Positions 1 through 13,270 of a DNA stretch of 54,063 nucleotides are shown here, piece after piece (the first letter of the stretch is position 1; the number at the start of each line of letters is the position of its first letter). Location of the stretch: contig BFEA01000030.1 in the NCBI GenBank assembly GCA_003427395.1, positions 2,960,860 to 3,014,922 on the forward strand. Reading direction: 5' to 3'. The position numbers and the translations under genes are program-made. The notes beneath the pieces are model-generated. The model did not search any database, had not been told where the DNA came from, and saw nothing but the letters and a program-made list of their open reading frames with translations. The stretch comes from Chara braunii. Lineage: Eukaryota > Plantae > Charophyceae.

Positions 1-48
<48 letters not shown>
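1..48. repeat. (GA)n microsatellite
   Basis: Pure GA run at the window start. Confidence 0.95.
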
Positions 49-51
<3 letters not shown>

Positions 52-71
52 ACGTGAACAAGGCACACCTC

Positions 72-239
72 GAATACAAGGTACGTACCCTGTATTCGAA
101 TACAAGGTACGTACCCTGTATTCGAATACAAGGTACGTACCTTGTTTTCAAGGGTACCTCCTATTCAAAAATTTAACAGCGATTTCTGAGAACCCGTTCT
201 TCGGAGGTAACTTGAATACAAGATACGTACCTTGTTTTC
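72..239. repeat. Tandem 26-bp palindromic unit (consensus GAATACAAGGTACGTACCTTGTATTC), three adjacent copies plus one offset copy
   Basis: Copies at 72-97, 98-123, 124-149 and 214-239; the consensus is self-complementary. Confidence 0.9.
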
Positions 240-286
240 GGGTTAAGACGGTAGGGCAAAGGGGAAAACATGCCATTACCTCTCTC

Positions 287-344
287 CACCGAGAGAGGTA
301 ATCTCCCTTCACCGAGAGAGGTAATCTCCCTTCACCGAAGAGGT
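287..344. repeat. 23-bp tandem repeat (CACCGAGAGAGGTAATCTCCCTT), about 2.5 copies
   Basis: Direct reading. Confidence 0.85.
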
Positions 345-566
345 AGAAAGCTATGGTTGCAGGGGTCTCTGTATAGCCTTAGGAGCAGTGGTAGGTAGGT
401 AGATATGTTCCATGATAACATGGCAGAACGCCAGTTAAAAAAAATGTGTGAGGTGAGAGAAAAATATATGGCTGTCCCCCGATGAGGAGAAGCCAGCTTT
501 AAAAAAACAAAACAAAAAATAAAAATAAAAATAAAAAATTCCAATTATATAAAAATCAAAAAATCA

Positions 567-2766
567 TGTCACACGCGTCGTAAAACGGTCCGAGTGGGAC
601 CCGACCCCTGGTAACGGTTCAAATTGATTTCACTCATTGGATTCCATTGGAGTTCGAACGCCATTCTGCATTTCAACAGTTCATGGGTGTACCAACTGAG
701 ATAGGTCAGGTGGTCTGATTGCCAGCTTAGTAAACCAGAAGGGCCTAGGTGCACCACTCTCCATCCGCCAACAACTTGAATGCATCAGGACAACTGCTGT
801 GTTCAGATTCGTTCAAAATCTTGGCGGATGGCAAGTGGTGCAACTATGCCGGAAGGGCCAAAGGGCAACTGCTGCCTTGTTCTTTTCCTTTTTTTTTTCA
901 AAAGCAACTTTGTGTTATCAAACCAGGAAACAGGCCCCGCGTCCCTCAGATGAATCCTACCTTGTTTTTGTCTGTGTGAACAAAACAAGGGTCGCAGGGT
1001 CCTTCGGGACATCCGTTAAAATTGGAACGATACAGAGTAGATTAGCATGGCCCCTGCGTAAGGATGACACGCATAAATCGAGAAATGGTCCTTAAAAAAA
1101 GAAAACAAGGGTCGCAGGGCAGATTTCGAGGTAGTGGAAGCGACCGAAGGCAGGCACGAAGTGCAGCAAGACATGCTGGACAAGAAAGCAAGACGCAAAG
1201 AAGTGGGCATCCGGTCTCCTTCCTGTATTGATTATGGAGTAAATCAACCAAGGGTAGCGTGGCCAAAATGCGCGTGGAAAAGCACTTGGTCAAACAGAGA
1301 AACAGGAGGCTCGCACGTCCGAGGCCGGCTCGGAGGATAAAAGTCGGAACAAATGAGGATAACGAACTCGATTATGTAGTGGCTGAACGACATGATTCTC
1401 TAAGTCAGCGAGTAATGGCTTGGACTCTTAGGAATGGTTCTAGCGGGGCGGCGTTTGGTCATCGGGAGATCGCGCTCGGGTTGACGAAAGCAGTTGACCA
1501 CGATTGCCAAAACTTGGCGCGAGTTTGGCTATGGTGAAGCGGGGAGGTGTGTGTGGACACACTGTGGGGCGTGCCAAAGGGGCTTGACTGGCTCCTGGCC
1601 GTGGCTCATCTCAGTTGACATCGAGTCAGGAATCCTGTCTGAGCTGAGGACGGAGAGACTAGTAAAGTGGGGACGGCTCAAGGGTGGGATCCGGACGTCG
1701 TCAAAATACCTTATGAAATCGACCGGGGGCTCCCGCCCCTCGGTCTTTGATACGGAATTGCCGCTGGGTTTTCTCGCACCTGTGATGGGAGCGGCCTGCG
1801 GCTCATTTGTTGTGAATTGGGAAGGTAATTTTCTGGTGTAGATAGGTGGAGAGAAATAACGACTGCAGGTAGACAAGGTGAGTGCTCGCTGTTTGAAGTC
1901 TGCACGGTTGAGTAGTGTTTTGTGTTTTCATAGTAACGGTTTCTCTGTGCCCTTGGTTTGAGGATTCGTGCCACGTTGAGTCCACGTCGATGGGGAACAC
2001 TTGAGTGGAAGACTTGGAGTTCGAAGGCGCTTTTTGCTTCCGCTGCTTGTTATCGCATTGAATGACACTGGACGTTTCACCGCTTTGTGGTCTATTCTGG
2101 GAGCTTATTTTCGGAAATTGAGAAACTCAACTTCAGAATAGAGATGGCGCTGTGATGGGTATGGCGTTGATGAGCTGTTCACCTACCGTCACTTTTTATG
2201 TGCTTGATTTCAGGAGTTTTGCGCGTTACCCTCCCAATTCAGCTCCTGGTCTAGGGATTGCCGTGTGAAACAAAATCAGGGTAGTGAAGGACTGTGAGTG
2301 GAATTTTGCAAAGATTGGACTGTGTTAAATTGAATGATCTGAGTTTACACAGTGTGTCCACTGCTTGGTTGTCCGTTTTGCATGATTTTAGAGGCGGCAA
2401 ATTTGTTTGACACCAGTGGTTAAACAGAGATTTAGAATGACAAACCCTTGTTTCTATAGTGGGAGGGCAGGCATGGAAACTGTGACTGGCATTCTGTAAG
2501 GCTGGATTGCTTTAAATTGAATGAGGTGAAACGGTTTTCACCTTTTGCAGACACAGACGCGGATCCCAGGGCTCTATCCCCAGACCTCACCTTACAATAC
2601 CTTGCCGGTGTACAGTATCACGTCGACCCTGTGAGTCTTCAACCCCTGACCTGTGTGTTAGTAGTTGAAAGTTGTCTGTCGTAGGTCTGAGTAGTTGTCA
2701 GGTGTTGAGCCTTAGACCTGTTGAAGTAGGGGTCACACCTGCATAGGGGTCATAGTTACTGCGACA
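567..2766. mobile_element. Possible LTR-derived segment (TGTCAC...GCGACA)
   Basis: LTR-like termini and no convincing ORF; no TSD and no second copy, so boundaries are tentative. Confidence 0.3.
999..1093 (+). pseudogene. U6: U6 snRNA retrocopy (processed pseudogene)
   Basis: Near full-length match to plant U6 (GTCCTTCGGGAC...ATTGGAACGATACAGAG...AGCATGGCCCCTGCG.AAGGATGACACGCATAAATCGAGAAATGGTCC); A7 tail at 1094-1100; TSD AAAACAAGGGTCGCAGG(G) at 982-999 and 1102-1119; ACAGAGA box reads ACAGAGT. Confidence 0.92.
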
Positions 2767-3216
2767 GTCCTGAAAGGCCAAGTCCGCAAACTTCCTGAAG
2801 GTCCGGAAGTGGCCTTTCAAGTTTCTTCTCACGTTATACACAGCAGACCAGAGGCAAGTGGGCAAGTGGTGAGTCCAACTTCGCTTAGTCAGCAGTACCC
2901 AGTCCCAGTCTCACTTTGTACAATCAGCAAGTACCATGAGGGACTGTGTGCACCATGGGCCCGGTGGAAAAGGGTAGACCAGCGACTTACAGAAGTACAA
3001 ATCAAGAGGCGGCGTCCAGCCATTCATTCATTCCTGCGTGAGCCATGCGGAAGCGCTGCCTGAGCGTCTTGTGCGAGGTGGTCTGCAGATGCCCGAGGTC
3101 GAACTGGGCATGAAGCAGTTAGTGCGCCATAGTTAGTAGTAGTCGGCGGCCATAGCTGCCATAGCTAGCGTTAGGTGTTAGTGTGTGTGTATGTGTGTGT
3201 GATGCAGTGAGCGTGT

Positions 3217-5357
3217 TGTCGTCCGGTAGAACGTATCTGCCGACCTGCGGATCCGGCCCTGTATCCTGCCCGCGTCTGTCACCCGCGGGAGGGTCGAATC
3301 CGGGCTCCTGTAACCTGCAAGAAAACGGTCAGCTCAAATCACACAGCACAGACTGGCGTAGATTGAGGGTCCATAAGACAAGAAGTCCGGAGACCGCTGT
3401 TTGGGAGAAACAAAAAGTGTCATTTCATTTAGTCCAAAATAATGGGGTCTGCGACACTTTTCCCACGCCCGGAGATAAGTCCCTTGCCCAGATCAGGGAA
3501 GTTTGTTTGAGTCCCAACTGATCTCACTAACAACCTAGGGCGAATCCTGCGCCCGATAGGGTATCTCCAGTAGTGGACCCGTCCATCCCATGGAACTGCA
3601 CTGGAACTCTCTGTGTCCAAGTTAGCCTCTCGGGCCCACTGGGGCCACAACTCCAAATCGAGCTTCACCATATGTTTGCTTGCGTTTCCGCTCTTCTCGT
3701 TTAAGATGTACCCACGTCACTCCTTGTGCCGCCCCTGTCGGGTTCCTGACCGATGACCAGTAAACATTTCGGCCTGTTCTCAAATGTCTCGGCTGATCAG
3801 GAAGCCTCAGCCTGATCTGGGCTGGCCCCAAATGCCCAGGCTCGATTCGAAGATGACCCAACTCAGTCCTAAGGACCTAAGGTCCCCATCTAAGCCTGAA
3901 GGATCCGACTAAATTGTAAGATACCCTGGCCCGAGCCCAAGTATCCGCCATTCCGATCCCGATCCCGTGGTCCAAGTCCGTTCTCAATTGTCCCCAGATT
4001 TATTCCCCATCTGTTCGCGCGTCACCTCTATCGGTTGTGGCCGTGTTCTTGCTCATCAATGGTCCCGTTCCCCGACAGGGGAAGTCCCTATCTGAAAGTT
4101 TTCGAGTCCTCGAAGTCTTCCTTTACTAAGGCTCTGAGTCCCGACCTAGTCCCAATGATCCTGACTCGGTTCAAACCTCCGGCTTGATCTAACAACCCCG
4201 CCTTGGTCCAAACTCCTGGCTTGATTCAGAGGGTCCGTGTGTCACGGTCTGACCGTCAGCGAGTCCCAATCCCCGAGCCGATCGCAAGGTCCCGACTTGT
4301 CCATGCTTGGGGCCTGTCTGATCCCGCTCACTTCAGCATCCCAGTGCGCACACTACCGAGCGCCCGTGCGCGGATGCTGGCTGGCGCGATCGCCAGGGAA
4401 CCGGTGCGCGACCGATTGCCCCGATCGTGTGCAGCACGTGCGCGACTATGTGCCGCCTCACGCTCGACTGCTCTGACCACACGCAGCACCGCTAGTAGCA
4501 TGAGTACGGACGACCCTATGTGTGTATGCGCGCGCCCTCCTGACCATGTACGTGATCCCGTTCAAGCCTGTGCGGTACATGAGCTGCTCCCCAACTATGC
4601 CCGCGGTTACGCATGAGCCTGCGCAGTCCGTCCGCAACTTTCCGACTGTGTGCATGATTGCGCACGAGCGTGCGCAGTACGTGCACAGCTTCCCTACTAT
4701 GCGCGTGGTCGCGGACAATTTTGCGCAGCTCTTCGACCGTGCGCGCGAGTGCGCTCAAGCTAGCGCAGTGCGAGCGTGGCTTCCCGACTGTGTGCACGAC
4801 TACGCGAGCTTGCGCAGTGTGTGCGCAACTCTCTGTCCGTGCTAGCGAGTTTGTGCACTGCTTCCCGTTGGTGCGCGATTGCACACTAGCTTACGCAGCG
4901 ACCGTGTGCACGAGTCTGTGTGCCGCTTCCAGATGGTGCGCAATTGCCCATGGGCTTGCGCAGCGAGCATGCTCCCGAGTCCCTGCGCCACTTCCAGATG
5001 GTGCGCGATCTTGCACGGGCTTGTGCAACGACTGTGCGCCGGAGTCCCTGCGCCGCTTCCAGATGGTGCGAGGTCGTGCACGAGCTTGCGCAGCGACCGT
5101 GCGCCCGTTGTACGCATGTCGGAAATCCTTCTCCTCGTGCGGTTGTAGGTGCGCATCTGCCAAAAAGCCCCGACCTTGAGCCCGATTGGGCTTTTATGCT
5201 TTGCTGGGCCCTCTTCTCAGTGTGCCCCAGCGCCTTCGTGTGCTCCGGGTCATCAACAAGTTGCAGCGCCCTGGTACCACGACTTTCCCGGGCCCCCGAA
5301 AAGTTTTCAGCGAAGGGGGCCTTTTCGTCGGGTACCGGGCCTTTTGCAGCGCCCTGG
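3217..5357 (-). repeat. Distal part of the 3' LTR of element A
   Basis: Ends ...AGATACGTTCTACCGGACGACA on the minus strand, resembling the end of the element B LTR; joins 17464-18093 once B is removed, giving about 2.8 kb. Confidence 0.55.
4570..5105. repeat. GC-rich minisatellite in the LTR: ~50-bp degenerate units followed by four 65-bp units
   Basis: CTTCC(A/C)G anchors at 4861, 4926, 4991 and 5056 (period 65). Confidence 0.8.
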
Positions 5358-7981
5358 TGTCGGTGCAAATACCCTTACAAGGGTATCCGCCCTGGTTTTT
5401 GCAAGCGGCAGAAAATAAGTTTAGTTTAAAGATTGAGTATACCACGCGAGTCGCGGCAGTGTCCGTTGTTTATGCGGCTGATGGTTGACTAGAATAAAGA
5501 GTATGTGGGTGCGCGGATTTGAGGCGCGTGTGATCTTTTTAAATTGTTGATGATTGTGAAAGTCGGCGTTGGTCGTCGGCTGGATTTTTATCCTAATTTA
5601 AACAGGGATTAAAAAGATTATGTCTCGCCTATGACTTATGCGTATGTATGGAGGACGGGGTCGACAACAGTGTGGCTTCTTAAATTGTTTCGGTAGGTCG
5701 GCGCGTCATGCAGTGCTCGTTTTATTTAAGCGTCCGTCGGAGCTAAACGTAGACTTGGGCCTAGCATCAGCGGTTACGGTGTCCGACTTTCATCAAAGAG
5801 ATTCAGGGATCGAGATCGAGCGGTGACAACGTGGGAATGTCAGAGTGGCGCGAAGGGACCCGAGGGGGTCGAGGGCCCGATGGGGCTATCCCCTTTGGTT
5901 TTACCGTCAGCGGCATCCGATCGGTGGAGACACTTTTTAAGTAATTCTTTTTTTTTTTTGCGACGTATTCCTAATAATTGTTGTTATACTCCGGCGTGCC
6001 GTTGACCTGGACGTGACGCCGGATTTTTGAAGGCCGTCACGGCGGTCGGCGATCTTGAGTGCGCGCCCCCCCTTGGCTGACTTACGGGTCCCCGTGTATT
6101 CGGGGTGTTGGCGAAGTTCTTTTATCTTGTATGTCTTGAGAACATGGGCCGGGGGAATTAACATGCATGCGAGCCGGTGGATGATTAGCCCACGAGGCGG
6201 AAGAAACTGAGCGGTGGGGACTTTCTGCGGGCGCACCGCACGTCGGCCACCGTTGGTATAAGAGGTTTGAGTGTGCGCATGCCCGGTTGGGACCCGAAAG
6301 GTGGTGACCCGTGCCTGGGCGCAGTGGGGTCGGGTCCACCAAGGCGGAGGCTGCTGCAGCGGCGGATTATATGGAACCCGCCTCACCGCGGCCCACGTTT
6401 CTGGCTTTGCAGCAGCCCCGTACCCTCCCACTCACTGCTGCGTTGGAACCACTACGACGGTTGAGTATTGGATGCGCGATTCAGCGCTGTCCATTTTTGA
6501 AGCTGGTTGATCCAGCCGGTGAACTGTTATACACTTAGCGGAGTTCGACCTCTGTGACCAGCGTCTCGCTGCCTGTAACTAGTCGATCCCCTCTTGCGGC
6601 CTGGGTCGATTGACAGTTGGCACAGATGGTAGTGTAAAGGCAGAAAGGGGAAACTGAATTTAGGTTTGGAACTGCGCCAAGTGCATGCAAATCGGAGCGC
6701 CAGACAGCGGAAGAGAAGGCAGTGAGGAAGAGAAGGCAGCGAGAAGGGGGCTGCGTTAGTGGGAAGAGAAGGCAACGAGAAGGAGGCTGCGTATGTAGTA
6801 AGGGGAGGCAGAGAATCAGGGCAGCAAAGGCAGTAGAGAAAGCACCGAATCTGGGCGGGAGCATGCGTCGGATGCATGTGCGATGAGGGAGATGGGAGAT
6901 GGCACATATGAGGTTGTAAAGCCGCCCGTTTCTTGATGAAGTCGGACGGGGAAGGAACCGATCCCAAGGTTTTGGCACCAGGCGAAGTAGATGGTAAGGT
7001 TAGTATCGACGAAAGGTTAGTAAGATAGGTGACGGAAAGAGAGAGAGATGCGTGGAGAGTATCGGGAGTAATTGAAGAGTGGGAGTGAATGAACCTGGCG
7101 TGAATTCGCGCCGGGTGCATTCGAAGTTTGAGAAGCAGGGAAGGAGCTATGGTCGAGCGAAGAAGACATAACTCGTCCGTTCCTTAACGGAATCGGGCGA
7201 AGTAAGAGCTGATTCTGGGGTTTTGACCTTGGTCGAGCACGATTATGAGGTTAGATTAGTTAGTAAGTTAGTAGAAATAGAGTTAGAAGGAAGAAACGGT
7301 ACGTCGAGAGATGGCGGAGAGTGGAGGACTGAAGGAAGCGAATAGCTCGCCTGATTCTCGACGGAATCGGGCAAACCAAGAATTGTTTTCGTAGTTATTG
7401 AATAGGGCGAACAAGATTGTAAGGTTAGTTTCTACTGTTAGCAGATGGGTTTTGAGGTACAGAAGGAAGAGGTTGCGCCCAGCGGCTATGGCAACGAGGA
7501 GTGGTGCGCGGAGGTAGAAGGAAGAAAGTTATGATGGGGACAAGAGACGAATATCCCGGTCGATTCTCGATGGAATCGAGTACGGGAAAGGGTTAGTGTG
7601 GGGTTCTGGGCCATTGCGAACACAACAGCGTAGTTAGTTTTTAAGTCGGGAGCGTAGACTTAGTCGGGCAACTGTTCTGGGCTGCGTGAGGAAGAGGCCT
7701 GCAGCAAAGATGCATCTGGCTGCATTCTTGGGAGAGCTTCATCCCCACTTTCACCATAATGTGGGTGGAAGTAACATGGGGGCAAGCCGCGAGGTCGGGC
7801 ACTTGCCTGTTGGCCGGGGCGTTGATCATCCTGATTGCAGAATAGCCTCTCACTGTCCCTCTGCACGTGTGACTGAAAGTACGACGTACCTGCCCGTGTT
7901 TTAGCTTAGGATTCATTAAAGGGTCGGCCTGATGGCCCCGATCCGATTGGAGGCAGCGGGCGCAACGACTGAAATCCGCAC

Positions 7982-8070
<89 letters not shown>

Positions 8071-8266
8071 NNNNNNNNNNNNNNNNNNNNNNNNNNNNNN
8101 NNNNNNNNNNNNNNNNNNNNNNNNNNNNNNNNNNNNNNNNNNNNNNNNNNNNNNNNNNNNNNNNNNNNNNNNNNNNNNNNNNNNNNNNNNNNNNNNNNNN
8201 NNNNNNNNNNNNNNNNNNNNNNNNNNNNNNNNNNNNNNNNNNNNNNNNNNNNNNNNNNNNNNNNNN

Positions 8267-8309
<43 letters not shown>

Positions 8310-8411
8310 CAGAGAGAGAGAGAGAGAGAGAAAGAGAAAACACGCAAGGGTGAAGGAGAAGACATACGTACCCGGTCATGACGACGTCTACACGGACCGA
8401 TGCGCTCGACA
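5358..8411 (+). repeat. 5' LTR of element B (contains an expanded (GA)n and an N gap)
   Basis: Colinear with 14720-17459; TG...CA termini. Confidence 0.93.
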
Positions 8412-8413
8412 GG

Positions 8414-8432
8414 TGGCGCCATTGCCGGGGAT
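8414..8432 (+). promoter_or_regulatory. Primer-binding site complementary to the tRNA-Asp 3' end (Athila-type)
   Basis: TGGCGCCATTGCCGGGGAT, one mismatch from TGGCGCCGTTGCCGGGGAT, 2 nt after the LTR. Confidence 0.85.
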
Positions 8433-10496
8433 AACGGTTACCTACCGTTGTCCCTGGTGGAACGACATCCGAGTATGAGAATGAGAGAAATAGGCAAAGT
8501 GAGGAGTTTGATTGGGCTTTTCCTGATTAATCGACTGATAGTATTGGATTGAGACCAAGTGAGGATTGATTGCGTAAAGTGGTTGCGGCTAGTGCAGTAA
8601 CGATGGCGCAAGGAGGATAGATGTTTTGACTATGCGATCACGTACTTTGAGTAGTATGGTGGTAGATGAAGTTGATACCCTCTTCTGACTTTAGAAGTTG
8701 GTGAGTTATTGGACGATGCCTTGTATGATTGATATGACTAAGGTGAGATGCGGTGGTATCAACATGACTAAGCATGTTTGTTGTGGGAGTTAGCCTCTCA
8801 TTATGGCTAAGGAGAGTTACCTGAGTGGTCATGAGAGCAATTGGGTACCTTTCATTAGAATGAGGTTGAGGATGTGTAAAAGGGGCCTATTAAGTTGAAG
8901 GTCGCCGAGAGACTTCAAGGAGGGTTAGACTAAGTATGGGCTGAGGTCCTGGAGTCTGGGTTATAAGCGGTTGTTCGACCTATATAGTCATGATAACGTG
9001 AGGTCTGCCTCGCATGAGGTGTTTGAACTAGGCATATAAGGCAGCAGATAGATGTAGGGAAAACCATGCTATGACCTCATTAGAAGAGACTACGAGATGT
9101 AGTAGGTCTGCATAGTAACCTCTCTGCGAAAGATTATATCTGATCCTAAGAGGTAGTCGCAGTAACAGTGCAGGAGCTAACACTTAGATTATTTTGCCTA
9201 CCTTTGATGAGACAATGGGTTGTGATTGATGTTAGACCTTTGCTTGAACCTTTCCAGGTTTGAACCATCCACTTGAATCTATGAGTTGGAACTAAGGACT
9301 TGAGACTAATTGTCTGAGGACATTTCTATTTGAGTTATATGTTGAACTCATCTATATATGTCAGATCTTATCTGAGTATGCTTGCTTAATGTCTAATTAT
9401 GTGAGGCGATGTGTTTGATGATTATATTTCCTTTGATAATTATCCTTGTCAGAAATATTTACATGGGTCAAATATCTGAAGTATGTATTTGAACTATTTA
9501 GTCTGCAAGGATTTATATGAGTGTCTCAAGTCCAATTATCGATTTGTGGTTGTTTATTAAGGATTGTGTGTTTGGATTGCTCCTCAAAGAGCGGGTAGAG
9601 GTATTATACAGAATCCACGTCTGATGCGGATTCAGAGGTGAATGGAGTGACCGCCCCTTGAGATAAGTACGTCTCAGGAAGTGGTCAATGTGTAAGGTCT
9701 ATCCTAAGGAAGGTTGCAATCCTATGTTATAGTTCCCCTGAGAGATTGCTTTGAAGAAGCTATAATTTTGTCTTGTAAGTAGTAGTGAGACCCACGCCGG
9801 AACTCAGTTCCTGGTTCATAGTGGGGTGTTGTTGTTGTATCTTTTGTGATAAAATGACTACACTAATACTGAATAGGAGGAAAATGTCGAGTCTTGTTAG
9901 GTCATGGTTTATAAGGGAAACAACTATTATTGGCCACAGAAAGGTAGGGGGTGAATCCCCAACTATTTTTGTGTCAAGTGGGTTCACCAGCACAGGACGG
10001 GGTGACACCACCTGAAGCGTGTATGGTGAGGTTGTTTAATTTACTCGCAAGAGTCTGCAAGGAATGGACGCTGGAATTGGAGGGAGAAGCAGTGAGGCTT
10101 GATCCTTGAGTGGGACTTGGGGATTTAAGATGCTATCCTTTCTGAAAAGGATTACACTGTCCCTCGCCACAGTATACTTCTGTCAAAGCCAGGGGAGTAA
10201 AGTGTGGTACTCTCACAAGATTTATGTCTGAGAGTACTAACTGTTGGCAATTATATCTCTTATCATATTGTGTCTATCCTATGTTATGCCTGTTGATATA
10301 GGCTTGTTGTTATGAGGTATTGGTATATGCTTGGAGTAACTGACTAGCTTGTGTATGATGTGTTTTGATTATTATGAGTAGTATTGTTGTTAGCTATTAT
10401 GGTAATATATAATTTTTCATGAGTACTATAATTCTGGATTTTGATATCTGTGAATGCAATATTATCGTGATATATTACCATTATTCTTTTCTCTAG

Positions 10497-11330
10497 GCTG
10501 GGTGGTCGTAAACACTGGAAAGGATGAATCCTGGTGAAAGAAGATATGAAGCTAAGGCTTCAGGGGTAGGGATGTTAGAACGCAATTATCAGTATGATAA
10601 TGGAAGGCGTATGCTGGACGTTTTCTGTGATGGGCAGAACCCAGAATAGAGCGAAGGCAAATCAGGATGCCTTATGCAAAGGAAGATCCTAATATGACCT
10701 TGCCCGTTGAAAGGAGGATGGACTCGAGGTATCCTTGTCGAGGAGAGTCAAGGAAGGAGAGTATATCTCTTCCTGGTCGGGCACATTGATGGACGTGGAT
10801 ATTTTCTCTTGGATCAGGTCCGACTTTAACGATGATAAAGATTGCGCGATCGTAAGGGTAACCGTGTACGCATCTCTCTCATTCTGGGTCAAGCATGGGG
10901 TTGAGTTGGCACTTGGGCACGAGAGCTTGCTTGGGAGGCCATTAAGAATAGTTGAGGGAGCTGCGGCAAAATGAACGAGAAGAAGGGTCCATGAAGGGGA
11001 AGAGCGAGTGACGACCCATGTAGAGCTGATGAATTTGGGCTTCCTTCTACACCATTGCGAGTCGTCCTGCCTGAGTTTCTGGTAGAGAAGTGTTTCGGGG
11101 GATAGGAGAGAATAGAGGCTTCAGCGAAAGCCGCTTTGAGAGCGCGAGAATGGGGGTATGAGCGCTATACGTGCGAGCTGATATATGGTATGTATCTGGA
11201 TCAAAGATTCTCACCCCATGGTCAAGGACTGAGGAATTTGGTCAACATAGTTGATGCCTATGCTTGCTCCCATGATCCAGATGAAAGAGCCGCAAAATGG
11301 GATGAGATTCGGGCGATGGTGAACCAATAG
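10497..11330 (+). pseudogene. Decayed extra ORF of unknown function upstream of gag in element B
   Basis: Protein-like fragments at 10735-10974 and 11136-11330; preceded by an AT-rich tract and acceptor-like TTCTTTTTCTCTAG. Confidence 0.45.
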
Positions 11331-11665
11331 AGAGTACCCTCATGCTTTGCCAAGGGCGTCACTCACAGACTCGTCTACGGCCGCCTTACTATGTTATACG
11401 AGTGCGAGAGTTACTGACGTTTGTAATAATAATTACTATCTGCCTACGGTTAACTTTGAAAGCTCTGCCCATGTGGAATATACATTGTTCATAGTACCCT
11501 TAAAGTTAAAATAAGGGTGACTAAAGCATAAAGTCTTATTGCGTAAATAAGGGAGATGGGAGGTGTAATGTGAATGTTAGAAATACTATTTTTGCCCTCA
11601 CCTGATTTTAGGAGGCAATTTGATGATCTATTGCTTGCTATGCATATCAGGCCAGCATCGACAAT

Positions 11666-13270
11666 ATGGCGGAAGAAAGTGGTTTAGCTAAGATCCTGCT
11701 TTGGAGGAGTTCATGCCTCACTAGAGTGTTGTTGCGCGAGTCAGTACAAGATTCGATGCATCCAGACCTTCGAGCCGTGCTTTTTCAGGAAAGGAGTTTG
11801 TCTGTCTTCCTACGCGGCTATCGTGACTTCAGTCTCGCGAAGGTGTGGGACGAAAAGACGATGTGGAGCATGTTGCCACTGTTCGTATGTGAAGAGTCGA
11901 GCGAGGAAGTATATACCTTTATGTTAAAGTCGCGAACTTGGAATGAGATGGAGACCACCTTGAGGTTAAGGTTTTTAGAAGATGGAGCAGAGGTTCAGCG
12001 GAGTGGAAGCCATGTGCAACGAGTCGGGGTTGCGCCAACAGTAGAAGAGTTAACTGGTATACAAAGGCAAGTGGGGGTATTGGAAGAGAGGTTGACGTAA
12101 CTGGATGAAGCCAGGAAAGGTAAACGGAAGGCTTCAGAGGGCGCCTCAAGTGAGCCGGCTGGTGAGGGTGAGGAAGAGACAAGAGGGAGTCGTCAAGAAT
12201 CACTCCTTGTAAGAACCCCGAGAAGGTGGACTAGCGTCCAAGGGAGAGAGGAAGGCGATGAGTTGGCTGAGGTAAAGGAGGAGCAAGAATCTAGCATAGC
12301 CCTGCCTTTCGTTGCCTCTGATTCAAAGAGGAGGCGTGTTGATAGGGAAGCGTCTACACTTGTAAGCCGGAAGGAACGAAGGAGTAGGAGACAGCGAGAG
12401 CGCTAGGCAAAGATGGTGTGTAATTGTTGTGGAAAGGCTGGTCATACCCCTCGGAGATGCAAAGAAAAGGGGATGACAGAGGAAAAAGAGGAGCATGAAC
12501 CTCCCAAGTTAACGAAAGCTCAGCAGAAAGCGAGAAACCTGGCCCAGGGAGGTCATGGTACCGGAAAGGGGCGGTGTTCTCGGCAAGTGGCGGCCGCCCC
12601 ATAAGAAGTGGGGGACAAAGCAACACAAAAGGGGCCTTTGTCGGCTGAGTAGGGACTAAATGGGCAGTGGGCGCCGTGTTATCAAGTGGGTCTGTGACTG
12701 ATGTATAATCCATGTGTGTCATGGGCACAAGGCAGTTGTTTGGGCCCACAAATGAGCATGATACCGCCTAGACCACCTGCAGCCCAGACTCGACCTCAGC
12801 CCAGACTCGACCTCAGCCCATGAGCCTGTTGCAGCCGCCGACACAACAAGTGTCGCGAGGCGGCATGGCCAGTGGAGGAAGTCAAAGGCATCAGGCTAGA
12901 AGGGTCCGCGGGGATGGAGGACGCGGCAATAGAGAGCGCGGTGGCAGTTGGGGTGGCTTTGAAGGAAAGGAGGCAGGTTGGGAAAAAAACATTTGCAGAC
13001 ATTGTGCCAAGAAGGGCATGTAATGAAGTTTTGTCGACAACAAAGGGCCGATGAGGCAAGTGGTCTGATAAGGACTAATATTGCGGGAGATGTCTTCGAC
13101 AGGGCTGGGGAATGCATCGACCCAACCATCCCTGGGGGAAAACAGAAAGAAGCTTTGCGGCGAGATGGAGCATCGAGCATTGCCTCCTGAATGTAGTTGT
13201 GGAGAAGAAGGGTTGTGTGAGAAGGGCCTGAAAGTAGACTACAAGTATAAGCAAGAAATCCCAATTATGT
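11666..13270 (+). pseudogene. gag: gag-like ORF with two CCHC zinc knuckles (stops and frameshifts)
   Basis: Gag-like N-terminus (LFQERSLSVFLRGY...WDEKTM...TWNEMETTLR); CNCCGKAGHTPRRC in the same frame at 12413; a second, frameshifted CRHCAKK/GHVMKFC near 12990-13040. Confidence 0.7.

Noticed and set aside
1529-1876. ORF containing FIRYFDD, resembling an RT YxDD motif
   Set aside because: No other RT motifs nearby in any frame; probably chance
2551-2630. Exon-like segment (TTTTGCAG...GTGAGT)
   Set aside because: No recognisable protein or partner exons; splice-like sites also occur within LTRs
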